61,204 bases of DNA, taken from assembly GCA_016282315.1 (NCBI GenBank), contig JAEEKG010000031.1, positions 1 to 61,204 of the forward strand, read 5' to 3'. Of the stretch, positions 10,292 to 20,416 are shown piece after piece. The stretch is from Clostridiales bacterium. GTDB taxonomy: Bacteria; Bacillota; Clostridia; Oscillospirales; CAG-272. The notes under the pieces were generated by a model. That model did not search any database and was not told where the DNA came from. It saw only the letters and a list, made by a program, of their open reading frames with translations. Both the position numbers and the translations under genes were made by a program. Each line of letters starts with the position of its first letter. The first letter of the stretch is position 1.

Positions 10292-12684
10292 TGGACGAAG
10301 ATAGATTCATTAAGGCGGTCAAAACGCTTGAATTTGACAAGATAAGAGAAGAATTGGCTTCTCTTTGCCCTACAAGCGCATCAAAAGAAATGGCTGAAAG
10401 TCTCATGCCTTCAAATATAAGGCTAGTGGTTGAACAAACACTTAAAGAGACTACTGACGCCAAGGCGATGCAAAGAATAAAAGGAATGCCTTCTTTTTCG
10501 GGAATTATCAATGTCAAAGACAGCATGGAAAAAGCTGAAAAGGGAGCCACTTTGACTACAGAGGAGCTTTTGGGAATAGGAAGAGCACTTCAAGCAGCCA
10601 AGAGCGTTAAAGAATATGGCAATACTTCCCATGGAGAAGAAAACTCCCTGACTCAATACTTTGATGGCATACAGCCTGTAGATTCACTTGAAAGCCACAT
10701 AAGAAAATGTATCATTTCAGTAGATATGATTTCTGATGAGGCAAGTGAAAAACTGTATGATATCAGACGTCATATAAGACACGAAAATGAAAGAGTCAAA
10801 AACCTTCTGAAAAAGTATATTAGCAGCCCTCAATACGCTCCATTTTTGATGGAACACATTGTAACAATGAGGGATGGCAGATATGTAATACCAGTTAAAA
10901 GCGAAAACAAAAACGATGTAAAAGGTATTGTTCATGACACTTCATCTTCAGGTTCAACACTATTTATTGAACCCATAGGAGTGGTAGAAGCTAACAACAC
11001 ATTAAGGATTCTTGAAAAGCAGGAACAGGAAGAGATTGAAAGAATACTGTCTATGCTGACATCGGAGTGCTTGGCTGTATCTGATAAATTGACTGTTAAT
11101 TATGACTGCTTGACAATTCTGGCATTCATATTTGCAAAGAGTCAGCTTTCTTATAGAATGGATGGTTGTGCTCCAGTTATCAGCGACAAGTGTGAACTGG
11201 AAATAGTAAGAGGAAAACACCCGCTATTGAATAAAGAGACGGCTGTCCCTATAACAGTCGATTTGGGAAAGAAATTCGACACGTTGGTTATAACAGGACC
11301 GAATACCGGTGGTAAAACAGTTTCGATCAAGACAATCGGTTTGTACCAGATGATGGTACAAGCAGGATTGCACGTTCCTGTTGATGAGAATTCAAAAGCA
11401 TGTGTTTTTGATGATATTTTGGCAGATATAGGTGATGAGCAGAGCATTGAACAGTCTTTGTCAACTTTCTCTTCTCACATGGTCAATGTAGTTGATATAA
11501 TCGACAGAGCAGACAAAGGCACACTGGTACTGCTTGATGAGCTGGGTGCGGGAACTGACCCGGTAGAAGGAGCAGCACTTGCTGTTTCAATCATTGAAAA
11601 GATAAGGGAAAAGGGAGCGCTATGTGCTGCTACAACGCACTATGCTGAGCTTAAATCCTATGCAATATCGACAGACGGAGTTACAAACGCATCTTGTGAG
11701 TTTGATGTCTCAACTTTAAGGCCTACTTACAGGTTGATAATAGGAACACCGGGAAAATCCAATGCATTTGCAATATCAAGCAAACTAGGACTGCCCAAAG
11801 ATGTAATAGACAACGCAGAACGCCTTGTTTCTGGAAATGACAAAAGATTTGAAAATGTCATCGAAAAGCTTGAAATTGCTCGAATTGAAATGGAAAAGGC
11901 AAGGTCAGAAGCATATGATTTGCTGAGCCAGGCCAAGAAGACAAAAGAAGAGAGCGATGCAAAGTTATCAAAACAACTCGAGCAAGCTGAAAAGGAACTT
12001 GAGCGGGCAAGAGTACAAGCCGTTGGAATGGTTGAAGGCGCAAAGGCTTCAAGTGAATTTATCTTTTCTCAGATTGAAAAGGTTAAGAATTCAAAAGAAG
12101 ATGAAAAGAAAGAGCGCGTAAAACAAGCCAGAGAATCATTGCGTCAGTATTTGTCCAAGGCATCGGATAAGTACAATCCTGTTGTTGAAACAGAAAAGGA
12201 TGAAGAATATGTTCTCCCGAGAAAGCTTGTTGTCGGTGACAAAATAATAGTAGTGAATTTGGGTCAGCACGGCGAAGTAGTTTCAGAGTCGGATGAACAG
12301 GGCAATATAGCCGTAAGAGTTGGAAGAGCAATTATGCGAACCAATTTGAAGAACCTTATGCTTGATGAATCCGATTACGTCCCTGAAAAAAAGAAGAATT
12401 ACAGAAAAACCGGAGATTTAGATCTCGGACCCGCTGCAACATTCTCACCGGAACTCAATTTGAGGGGAATGTACGGAGAAGATGCAAAATTATCCATAGA
12501 CAAATATTTGGATGATGCTCAAAGATCAGGAGTAAAAACAGTAACACTTGTTCACGGAAAAGGAACGGGCGCTTTGAGAAAAGCGGTTACTGAGTTTTTG
12601 AGAACAGATAAACGAGTGTCATCATTCAGACTCGGCAATTCCGGAGAAGGGGATACCGGAGTCACAATAGTAAAATTGAAATAG
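10291..12684 (+). CDS. mutS2: Endonuclease MutS2
   Basis: MutS domain V Walker A GPNTGGKT, a coiled-coil linker and a C-terminal Smr domain (LVHGKGTGALR). Confidence 0.95.
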   Translation: MDEDRFIKAVKTLEFDKIREELASLCPTSASKEMAESLMPSNIRLVVEQTLKETTDAKAMQRIKGMPSFSGIINVKDSMEKAEKGATLTTEELLGIGRALQAAKSVKEYGNTSHGEENSLTQYFDGIQPVDSLESHIRKCIISVDMISDEASEKLYDIRRHIRHENERVKNLLKKYISSPQYAPFLMEHIVTMRDGRYVIPVKSENKNDVKGIVHDTSSSGSTLFIEPIGVVEANNTLRILEKQEQEEIERILSMLTSECLAVSDKLTVNYDCLTILAFIFAKSQLSYRMDGCAPVISDKCELEIVRGKHPLLNKETAVPITVDLGKKFDTLVITGPNTGGKTVSIKTIGLYQMMVQAGLHVPVDENSKACVFDDILADIGDEQSIEQSLSTFSSHMVNVVDIIDRADKGTLVLLDELGAGTDPVEGAALAVSIIEKIREKGALCAATTHYAELKSYAISTDGVTNASCEFDVSTLRPTYRLIIGTPGKSNAFAISSKLGLPKDVIDNAERLVSGNDKRFENVIEKLEIARIEMEKARSEAYDLLSQAKKTKEESDAKLSKQLEQAEKELERARVQAVGMVEGAKASSEFIFSQIEKVKNSKEDEKKERVKQARESLRQYLSKASDKYNPVVETEKDEEYVLPRKLVVGDKIIVVNLGQHGEVVSESDEQGNIAVRVGRAIMRTNLKNLMLDESDYVPEKKKNYRKTGDLDLGPAATFSPELNLRGMYGEDAKLSIDKYLDDAQRSGVKTVTLVHGKGTGALRKAVTEFLRTDKRVSSFRLGNSGEGDTGVTIVKLK

Positions 12685-12698
12685 AATCTGGAGGACTT

Positions 12699-14171
12699 AT
12701 GAAAGAACTAAAAATGCTTGCCATTGACCTCGGTGCATCAAGCGGAAGAGGTATCGTAGGCAAATTTGACGGAAACAAAATTACTCTTGAGGAAAATCAC
12801 AGATTTTCAAATGATCCAGTAACCGTAGCAGGCAAATTTACTTGGGATATGTTGAGAATTTGGTTTGAAATCAAAAACTCTATCAGAAATTGTTCTTTGT
12901 CAGATGATAAGGACATAGCATCAATAGGAATCGACACCTGGGGTGTTGACTTTGGTCTTTTGGACAAAAGAGGGCACTTGCTCTATACACCTGTCCACTA
13001 CAGAGACACAAGAACAGTAGGTGTTCCGGAAAAATCATACAAACTTGTTCCTAAGGATGAGCTGTACTCCAAAACAGGTATACAGATTTTGGAATTGAAC
13101 ACATTGTTCCAGTTGTTAGCCATGAAGGAAGAAGCGCCTGAAGTTCTCGAAGCAGCTCAGGACATGTTGTTTGTGCCGGATCTGTTGAACTATTTCTTAA
13201 CAGGCACAAAACAAACTGAGTATACGATTGCATCAACCGGACAACTTCTTGATGCATACAAGAGAACCTGGGACTTTGATCTGATTAAGAAATATGGTCT
13301 TCCTGAGAAGATATTCAATAAGATCGTGATGCCCGGAACAGTATGCGGAAAACTGCTTCCTGAAATTAGAGAAGAAGTAAATGGCATTGATCCTACCGTA
13401 ATCTCTATAGCAGCTCACGATACAGGTTCAGCAGTTGTAGCAGTTCCTTCTCCTAAGGAAAAGTTCATATTCATTAGTTCCGGAACATGGTCAATCATGG
13501 GAACAGAAACAGATAAACCGATAATTAACGAAAAGACAAAAGAATATAACTTCACAAACGAAGGCGGATACGGCGGAACAATCAGATTCTCAAAGAACAT
13601 TACCGGTTTGTGGCTTGAACAGGAATCAAGAAGACAATGGGCAAGAGAAGGCACAAAATACAGCTTCGATGACCTCTCACAAATGGCATTGAATTCTAAG
13701 CCTTTGCAGTTCTTAATTAACCCGGATGATCCTTCATTTGCAACACCCGGCAATCTCCCTCAAAGAATTGTTGAATTTTGCCAAAGGACAGGTCAGGGCA
13801 CACCTTCTAATGTTGGCGAAATTGTACGTTGTATTTTTGACAGTTTGGCATTAAGATATAGATGGGTTGTTGACAGAACAGATGAACTCTGCGGAGAAAA
13901 AATTCCTGTAATTAACATTGTTGGCGGTGGAACAAAAGAAAAGATGCTTTCACAGTTTGCTTCAAACGCTTGTTCCAGACCCGTATACACTGGACCTGTA
14001 GAAGCAACAGCGCTAGGCAACATAGCAGCACAGGCAATTGCATTGGGTGAAATTAAAGACATCGCTCAGGCAAGAGAAGTTATAGCCAACTCAACAGACA
14101 TGGAACAGTTTGACCCTGTAGACACAGCAATGTGGGACGAGGGATACGAAAGATTTCAAAAAATACTTTGA
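12699..14171 (+). CDS. rhaB: Rhamnulokinase
   Basis: FGGY kinase N-terminus LAIDLGASSGR; adjacency to rhaA; GGAGG SD. Confidence 0.85.
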   Translation: MKELKMLAIDLGASSGRGIVGKFDGNKITLEENHRFSNDPVTVAGKFTWDMLRIWFEIKNSIRNCSLSDDKDIASIGIDTWGVDFGLLDKRGHLLYTPVHYRDTRTVGVPEKSYKLVPKDELYSKTGIQILELNTLFQLLAMKEEAPEVLEAAQDMLFVPDLLNYFLTGTKQTEYTIASTGQLLDAYKRTWDFDLIKKYGLPEKIFNKIVMPGTVCGKLLPEIREEVNGIDPTVISIAAHDTGSAVVAVPSPKEKFIFISSGTWSIMGTETDKPIINEKTKEYNFTNEGGYGGTIRFSKNITGLWLEQESRRQWAREGTKYSFDDLSQMALNSKPLQFLINPDDPSFATPGNLPQRIVEFCQRTGQGTPSNVGEIVRCIFDSLALRYRWVVDRTDELCGEKIPVINIVGGGTKEKMLSQFASNACSRPVYTGPVEATALGNIAAQAIALGEIKDIAQAREVIANSTDMEQFDPVDTAMWDEGYERFQKIL

Positions 14172-14194
14172 TACAGATTTTCATGGAGGCACAA

Positions 14195-15442
14195 ATGAAC
14201 GAAGAGTACAAAATCGCTAAAGAAAAATATGCTTCAATAGGAGTAGATACAGAAGCTGCCATTGAGAGAGTGTCTAAGATTCCTGTTTCAATTCATTGCT
14301 GGCAAGGCGATGATGTAAGAGGATTTGAGACACCTGACGGTGACTTGACAGGCGGTATCCAGACAACTGGTAATTTCCCCGGCAGAGCAAGAAATATCGA
14401 TCAACTTCGACAAGATATTGATATGGTATTCTCACTTGTTCCAGGTGTAAACAGACTGAATTTGCATGCCATTTACCTGGATAACGGTGGCAAAAAAGTA
14501 GAAAGAAATGAAATAGAACCAAAACATTTTGCTTCATGGGTGGATTGGGCTAAGTACAACAAAGTTGCACTCGACTTTAACCCTACATGTTTCTCATCAC
14601 CAATGCTCAAGGGCGGACTTTCACTGTCACATCCTGACAAGGCAGTTCGCGATTACTGGATTGAGCACTGCATTGCATCAAGAAAAATAGCTGAATATTT
14701 CGGTAAAGAATTAGGTACTCCTGCAGTTACAAACCTTTGGGTACCTGACGGATTCAAAGACAATCCGATTAACAGATATGAAGCAAGACAGCGCCTCATT
14801 AATTCTATGGATGAAATCTATTCTGTTAAGATTGACAAGAAATACAATCTCGATTCAGCAGAAGGCAAATTGTTCGGAATTGGCGCAGAAAGCTGCACAG
14901 TAGGTCAGCATGAAGTATATCTAGCATATGCGCTTACAAGAGGAATAATGGTAACTCTTGACTCAGGCCACTATCATCCGACCGAAGTTATTTCAGACAA
15001 GATCAGTTCAGTTTTGTCATTTGTACCTGAAATACTGCTTCACGTTTCACGTCCGGTACGTTGGGACAGTGACCACGTAATTGTTCTCGATGACGAACTT
15101 AAGGCAATAGCAGCTGAAATAATCAGAAATAACTTTGAGAACAGAGTACACATAGGACTCGATTATTTTGACGCAAGTATAAACAGAATAGCAGCTTGGA
15201 CAGTAGGCGCAAGAAATATGAAGAAAGCGCTTCTCTTGGCTGCACTTGAACCGACAAAGAAACTCACAAAACTTGAAAGAGAATTTGACTTTACTTCACG
15301 TCTTGAATTGACAGAAGAATACAAGACATATCCATTCGGAGCAGTATGGGACGAATTCTGTGCAAGAAACAAAGTGCCGGTTGGCGAAAAGTGGATTGCA
15401 AAAGTTAAAAAGTATACAAAGGATGTTTTGTCTGAAAGATAA
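14195..15442 (+). CDS. rhaA: L-rhamnose isomerase
   Basis: ATG at 14195 lies 5 nt after GGAGG. Full-length RhaA-like sequence (...HCWQGDDV..., LDSGHYHPTE). Confidence 0.9.
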   Translation: MNEEYKIAKEKYASIGVDTEAAIERVSKIPVSIHCWQGDDVRGFETPDGDLTGGIQTTGNFPGRARNIDQLRQDIDMVFSLVPGVNRLNLHAIYLDNGGKKVERNEIEPKHFASWVDWAKYNKVALDFNPTCFSSPMLKGGLSLSHPDKAVRDYWIEHCIASRKIAEYFGKELGTPAVTNLWVPDGFKDNPINRYEARQRLINSMDEIYSVKIDKKYNLDSAEGKLFGIGAESCTVGQHEVYLAYALTRGIMVTLDSGHYHPTEVISDKISSVLSFVPEILLHVSRPVRWDSDHVIVLDDELKAIAAEIIRNNFENRVHIGLDYFDASINRIAAWTVGARNMKKALLLAALEPTKKLTKLEREFDFTSRLELTEEYKTYPFGAVWDEFCARNKVPVGEKWIAKVKKYTKDVLSER

Positions 15443-15483
15443 TCTGACATAATCCTAGATTATACATTCAAGTTTTTCAGACT

Positions 15484-15519
15484 CGGAGAACTTGAAATAC
15501 AGTTCTCCGATTTTATTTT
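15484..15519 (+). terminator. Rho-independent terminator after rhaA
   Basis: CGGAGAACT / AGTTCTCCG stem followed by ATTTTATTTT. Confidence 0.6.
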
Positions 15520-15564
15520 CAGGGAGGAATGTGCAAGGAAAAGAAATCTTGCACCGCACAATAA

Positions 15565-16857
15565 ATGAATTTTTCAATGTTACACCCTGCCGATCAAATA
15601 GTAATGATAATGAATCGTCTGTATTATTACGGAATGACGACAACGACAGGAGGAAATCTATCCATAAAAGACTCTGAAGGAGTAGTGTGGATAAGTCCTA
15701 GCGGAATAGACAAAGGAAGTCTACGCAGAGACGATATTATGCAGATTATGCCCGATGGGAAAATAGTAGGTATTCACAAACCATCTTCAGAATATCCGTT
15801 CCATTTGGCTATTTACAAAAAAAGACCTGATCTGAAGGCCGTTTTACATGCTCACCCACCGGCTTTGGTTGCCTTCTCTATTGCAAGAGAAGAGCCAGAC
15901 ACATCAATAATTCCTGACGCTGACAGATTGTGCGGAAAAGTCACAACTGCACCATATGCCCTGCCTGGAAGCACAAAACTTGGTGAAAACATAGCAGCTG
16001 AATTTGAAAAGGGAGTCAACACGGTAATGCTCGAAAATCATGGTGTTGTAGTTGGTTCAACTGACCTCTTCTCAGCATTCAAGCAATTTGAAACACTGGA
16101 CTATTGTGCTAGAGTTCAGATTAACGCAAGCATCTTGGGTGGTAGAATCCATGGTTTAACAAAAGTGAACCTGGACAGTTTCAAAACAAAAACTCAACCA
16201 AAGATGCAGACTTTCAAGAAGGATCATTATTCAAGCGAAGAGCTTCAAATCAGAAGAGATATGGTGGACTTGATCCACAGAGCATATGGCAATCAATTGT
16301 TTACAAGTTCAGAAGGAACGTTCTCTTGTAAATTATCTGATGGATCATTTGTAATCACCCCATATGACAAAGACAGGAATTATCTTGAAGAAGAGGATTT
16401 GGTTCAGATAAAAGACGGAAAATGCGAAGAAGGTAAAACACCATCCAGATCCGTTTTAATGCACCAGAAAATCTATGATAGAGATGACAAAATCAAGTCT
16501 ATAATAATCGCACATCCGCCTCATGTCATGGCGTTTGCGGTAACAGACAATGAAATTGACGGAAGACTGATTCCGGAAAGCTACATAGCTTTGAAAACAG
16601 TCAAAAAGTATTCATTCGGATCTACGTATATAGAACCGGACATGTTGGCAAATGAAATTTCTTTGAAAACACCTGTAGCAATTGTTGAAAACGATTGTAT
16701 CATTGCAGTAGGCACAAACCTTCTAAATGCATTTGACAGGCTTGAAGTGCTCGAATACAGCGCAAAATCACTTTGCGAAGTCGCAGGATTAAAAAAGAAA
16801 TTAGTCAGAATATCTGACAGTGAAATAAAAGAAATTGAAGTTGCTTTTAACCTTTAA
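15565..16857 (+). CDS. Tandem class II aldolase/adducin-domain protein (RhaD-like N-half, degenerate C-half)
   Basis: The two halves, about 205 aa each, are recognisably homologous. The N-half has PSSE, HAHPP and ENHG; the C-half has PSRS, IAHPP and ENDC. Confidence 0.75.
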   Translation: MNFSMLHPADQIVMIMNRLYYYGMTTTTGGNLSIKDSEGVVWISPSGIDKGSLRRDDIMQIMPDGKIVGIHKPSSEYPFHLAIYKKRPDLKAVLHAHPPALVAFSIAREEPDTSIIPDADRLCGKVTTAPYALPGSTKLGENIAAEFEKGVNTVMLENHGVVVGSTDLFSAFKQFETLDYCARVQINASILGGRIHGLTKVNLDSFKTKTQPKMQTFKKDHYSSEELQIRRDMVDLIHRAYGNQLFTSSEGTFSCKLSDGSFVITPYDKDRNYLEEEDLVQIKDGKCEEGKTPSRSVLMHQKIYDRDDKIKSIIIAHPPHVMAFAVTDNEIDGRLIPESYIALKTVKKYSFGSTYIEPDMLANEISLKTPVAIVENDCIIAVGTNLLNAFDRLEVLEYSAKSLCEVAGLKKKLVRISDSEIKEIEVAFNL

Positions 16858-16916
16858 TGTCAGCCATCCAGTCATATAGTGCTGGAAAACATAAATAATT
16901 TTAAATGGAGGCTCAA

Positions 16917-18041
16917 ATGGAAAACGAGTATTTTGGAGATCTTGCCTTGATAGGCATGAAAGGAACAGAAAAATTTGTAAACAGAGTTGATGAATACCTT
17001 CGTCAATGGAGAAAAACTGATGACTCTTTTATCATCGGAATTGATTGTCCAAGATTTGGAACCGGAGAAGGAAAAGGTATAATCAGTCAAACGGTAAGAG
17101 GCAAGGATCTCTTTATATATGTAGACTGCTTCAATTACGGGGTTCAGTACAAGATGTTCGGTCAAATGAACAGAATGAGCCCTGATGATCATTTCCAGGA
17201 TTTGAAGAGAATAATCAGTGCATGCGAGAGAAAAACCAGAAGAATCTCTGTGGTTATGCCTATGCTCTATGAAGGAAGACAACATCGCCGTGCAGGAAGA
17301 GAATCACTTGACTGCGCAAGCGCTCTTCAGGAACTGGAAAACATGGGTGTAACAGATATAATTACTTTTGATGCTCATGATTCAAGAGTCCAGAATGCAA
17401 CTCCTGCAAATGGATTTGAAAATGTCAGAACAACTTATCAGATGTTAAAGTCTCTTGTGAGAGAATATCCGGATATCACTTTTGATCCAGATAAAATCAT
17501 GTTTGTTTCCCCTGATGAAGGCGGAATGAACAGAACAATTTACTATGCTTCTGTCTTGGGAGTTGAAGTAGGTACTTTCTACAAGAGAAGAAATTATTCC
17601 GTAATCATAGATGGTCGAAATCCGATTGAAGCTCATGAGTTTCTTGGTCATTCAGTTGAAGGAAGAGATATCATTGTCGTTGATGATATGATTTCCTCAG
17701 GAGATTCAATGCTGGATGTAATGAAAAAACTCAGAGAGCGCGGTGCAAAGAGAATATTCATGTTCTGCTCATTCGGTTTATTTACAGGCGGAATTGAAAA
17801 GTTCGACAAAGCATATGAAGATGGTTTGTTTGACAGAATATTTACTACAAACTTGAACTACAGACCTGAAGAGATTCTCTCAAGACCTTGGTATACTGAA
17901 GTCAGCTTGTGCAAATATGTCGCATATTTGGTTGATTCAGTAAACAGAAACCATACTATAGGCGACTTGCTCGATCCTGTTACAAGAATTCATGCATTGA
18001 TGGATAGAGTAAAGAAAAAACAAGAGGGTGACGAAGAATGA
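16917..18041 (+). CDS. prs: Ribose-phosphate diphosphokinase, long (about 375 aa) type
   Basis: GGAGG 5 nt before the ATG at 16917. ITFDAHDSRVQN and the PRPP-binding loop VVDDMISSGDS are present. Confidence 0.75.
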   Translation: MENEYFGDLALIGMKGTEKFVNRVDEYLRQWRKTDDSFIIGIDCPRFGTGEGKGIISQTVRGKDLFIYVDCFNYGVQYKMFGQMNRMSPDDHFQDLKRIISACERKTRRISVVMPMLYEGRQHRRAGRESLDCASALQELENMGVTDIITFDAHDSRVQNATPANGFENVRTTYQMLKSLVREYPDITFDPDKIMFVSPDEGGMNRTIYYASVLGVEVGTFYKRRNYSVIIDGRNPIEAHEFLGHSVEGRDIIVVDDMISSGDSMLDVMKKLRERGAKRIFMFCSFGLFTGGIEKFDKAYEDGLFDRIFTTNLNYRPEEILSRPWYTEVSLCKYVAYLVDSVNRNHTIGDLLDPVTRIHALMDRVKKKQEGDEE

Positions 18042-19102
18042 GAAAGTATTTACTTCCTCCGACCGGAAGTTTTTTCAAAGCTAATCTCCATTGTCACTCT
18101 GTTTTATCTGATGGAAAATATACTCCCGAACACTTGAAGGAGATATATAAGGCCAGAGGGTATTCCGTTTTATCCATAACCGATCACAACAGACTTATTA
18201 AGCATGATGATTTAAATGATGAAAATTTTCTGTCAATTACAGGATATGAGGCTGATTTGAGTGCATATAAGGAAAGATATGACGGTGATGGCAATCACAC
18301 ACCTTTGGTACATGTAAATTTCTTTTCAAAATACAACAGTGATGCAATGCCTTGTTATGATCCTAAAAGATGGCTTGCAATGCCTGATCAGAATCATGTT
18401 GGAGATAACTACGAACGCAGTTACTACAGAATGAATGAATTCATTAAACAAACCACAAAAGAAGGTTTTTTGTGCACATTCAATCATCCAACTTGGTCTT
18501 GTTCAGATCTTCATGAATATGACGGAATGACAGGATTTTTTGCAATGGAAGTTTGCAATTACGGTTGTTACACAGAAGGATATCAGGAACTGGACGAACA
18601 TGTTCTCGACGATATGCTGAGACGTGGAAACAAAGTCTTTGTGACTGCAACAGATGATAACCATAACAATTTTCCAGAAGATCATCCAAGATGTGACTCA
18701 TTTGGCGGGTTTGACATGATCAAAGCCGAAAAGCTGGAGTATTCAGCAATTATTGATGCACTGGAAAAAGGAAACTTCTATGCATCTATGGGACCTGAAA
18801 TCAAGGATTTGTATATAGAAGACAATTATCTGTACGTCAAGACTTCTCCTGTTGAAAAAATAATTATGAAGAATTTTGGTCGAGGAGTAAGAGTGGCATC
18901 AGGCGACAAAATCGGAGACCTTATTACAGAAGCTCGTTTCAAGATTAACGGGTTGACGGAAAGATATATAAGAGTTGTTCTATACGACGGAAAAGGCAAA
19001 TATGCTTGGTCTCAGCCATATTGGGATCCTCTTGAAATGGAGAATGGCAAATATGGTCCTGAAACATACAGAAGAATTTTCAATGTAGACGAAATAAAGT
19101 AA
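18038..19102 (+). CDS. PHP (polymerase/histidinol phosphatase) domain protein
   Basis: HCHSVLSDG...SITDHN metal-binding motifs; ATGA overlap with prs. Confidence 0.7.
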   Translation: MRKYLLPPTGSFFKANLHCHSVLSDGKYTPEHLKEIYKARGYSVLSITDHNRLIKHDDLNDENFLSITGYEADLSAYKERYDGDGNHTPLVHVNFFSKYNSDAMPCYDPKRWLAMPDQNHVGDNYERSYYRMNEFIKQTTKEGFLCTFNHPTWSCSDLHEYDGMTGFFAMEVCNYGCYTEGYQELDEHVLDDMLRRGNKVFVTATDDNHNNFPEDHPRCDSFGGFDMIKAEKLEYSAIIDALEKGNFYASMGPEIKDLYIEDNYLYVKTSPVEKIIMKNFGRGVRVASGDKIGDLITEARFKINGLTERYIRVVLYDGKGKYAWSQPYWDPLEMENGKYGPETYRRIFNVDEIK

Positions 19103-19113
19103 AAGGGGCAAAC

Positions 19114-20352
19114 ATGAAAAAGAATATAGCAGTTGTACGCGGGGATTATTCAAGCCCTGAAGTAATCGAGCAGACAATAAGAGTCTTGGATGCAATAGCA
19201 GAAAAATATGGTCATGAATTCAATTACATTGAAGCATGTATAGGCGGTGCCGCAGTAGATAAGTTCGGCGAGCCACTTCCTCAGACGGAATTTGACAAAT
19301 GCATAGTGTCAGATGCCATCTTGTTTGGTTCAATTGGCGGTCCGAAATGGAGCGAATTGCCAGAAGATAAAAGACCCGAAACCGGCATCAGAAAAATGTT
19401 TAACGGCATGAGATTGTTTGCCAATATCACACCTACCAGACTTTGGCGTCAAATCTCAATGATGAGCCCGTTAAAAGAAACTCTTGTTGGAAAAGGATTG
19501 GATTTTACAATCATAAGAGATCTTACTGGCGGAATATATTTTGGAAAGCATGAGACTATTCATCTTGAGTCTAATCTTGAATATGCATATGACATAATGC
19601 AATATGACAGCCAGGAAATTGAAAGATTGTGCAAAAAAGCATTTGAAATATCAAACAGACGTAAAAAGAAACTATGTCTTGTAGGAAAACCAATAGATCT
19701 TGATACAAGTAAATTGTGGCAAAGTTCTCTCTACAAAGTCGGACAAGAGTTTCCTGAAGTAATCACTAAAGAAATGACTGTCGATGATTGTGTTTCGGAA
19801 ATGTGCAAGAATCCAGGTCAGTTTGATGTAATTGTTTCCGAAAACATGTTGGGTGAGATACTTGACAGTGAAGCAGGTGCAATAACAGGCTCACTAGGCA
19901 TGTTGCCTAGATGTTGCGTAAATGAAAACTATTTCGGAATTTACGGAATATCTTTGGGAAGTTCACCTGAACAAGCAGGAAAGAATACAGTTAACCCGTT
20001 AGCAGGAGTTTTGTCAGCAGGATTAATGCTTAGATATGCTCTGGGAATGACAAAAGAAGCAGATGATGTCGATCATGCTGTTGACAGAGTTTTGGACAGA
20101 GGTTACAGAACAACAGATATTATGAGCGACGGCTTCATGCTTGTTGGTACTCGTGGTATGGGTGATGCTCTTGTTGCAGAAATAACAGGTGAATCAGAAG
20201 CTAAGACATTCGAAGCATTGAAAGAAGTTGAAAAGATGATGAGCGAAAAGCCAGCTAAAAAGGAACCTGAAACTGAAGCAAAGTCTGAAGAAAAAAACAA
20301 CGCAGAGACACCGGCTGAAGAAAATAAGGAAGAGAATAGCGGTGCTCAGTGA
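19114..20352 (+). CDS. Isocitrate/isopropylmalate dehydrogenase family protein (LeuB-like, divergent) with an acidic/Lys-rich tail
   Basis: Overall LeuB-like. The usual GDGIGPE is GDYSSPE and NLFGDILSD is NMLGEILDS. The last 55 aa or so are low-complexity E/K/A-rich. Confidence 0.65.
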   Translation: MKKNIAVVRGDYSSPEVIEQTIRVLDAIAEKYGHEFNYIEACIGGAAVDKFGEPLPQTEFDKCIVSDAILFGSIGGPKWSELPEDKRPETGIRKMFNGMRLFANITPTRLWRQISMMSPLKETLVGKGLDFTIIRDLTGGIYFGKHETIHLESNLEYAYDIMQYDSQEIERLCKKAFEISNRRKKKLCLVGKPIDLDTSKLWQSSLYKVGQEFPEVITKEMTVDDCVSEMCKNPGQFDVIVSENMLGEILDSEAGAITGSLGMLPRCCVNENYFGIYGISLGSSPEQAGKNTVNPLAGVLSAGLMLRYALGMTKEADDVDHAVDRVLDRGYRTTDIMSDGFMLVGTRGMGDALVAEITGESEAKTFEALKEVEKMMSEKPAKKEPETEAKSEEKNNAETPAEENKEENSGAQ

Positions 20353-20370
20353 TTTGGGTGTAGAAAAATA

Positions 20371-20400
20371 TTGACATATTATGTAAAACTGAGATATAAT
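20371..20400 (+). promoter_or_regulatory. Sigma-A-type promoter of the T-box-controlled operon
   Basis: TTGACA (20371-20376), 18 nt spacer, TATAAT (20395-20400). Confidence 0.55.
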
Positions 20401-20416
20401 CAGTACATAATTAATT

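Noticed and set aside
15492-15677. 61-aa ORF crossing the rhaA terminator region into the aldolase gene
   Set aside because: It starts inside the terminator stem and runs out of frame over the aldolase N-terminus. It has no similarity to anything I recognise.
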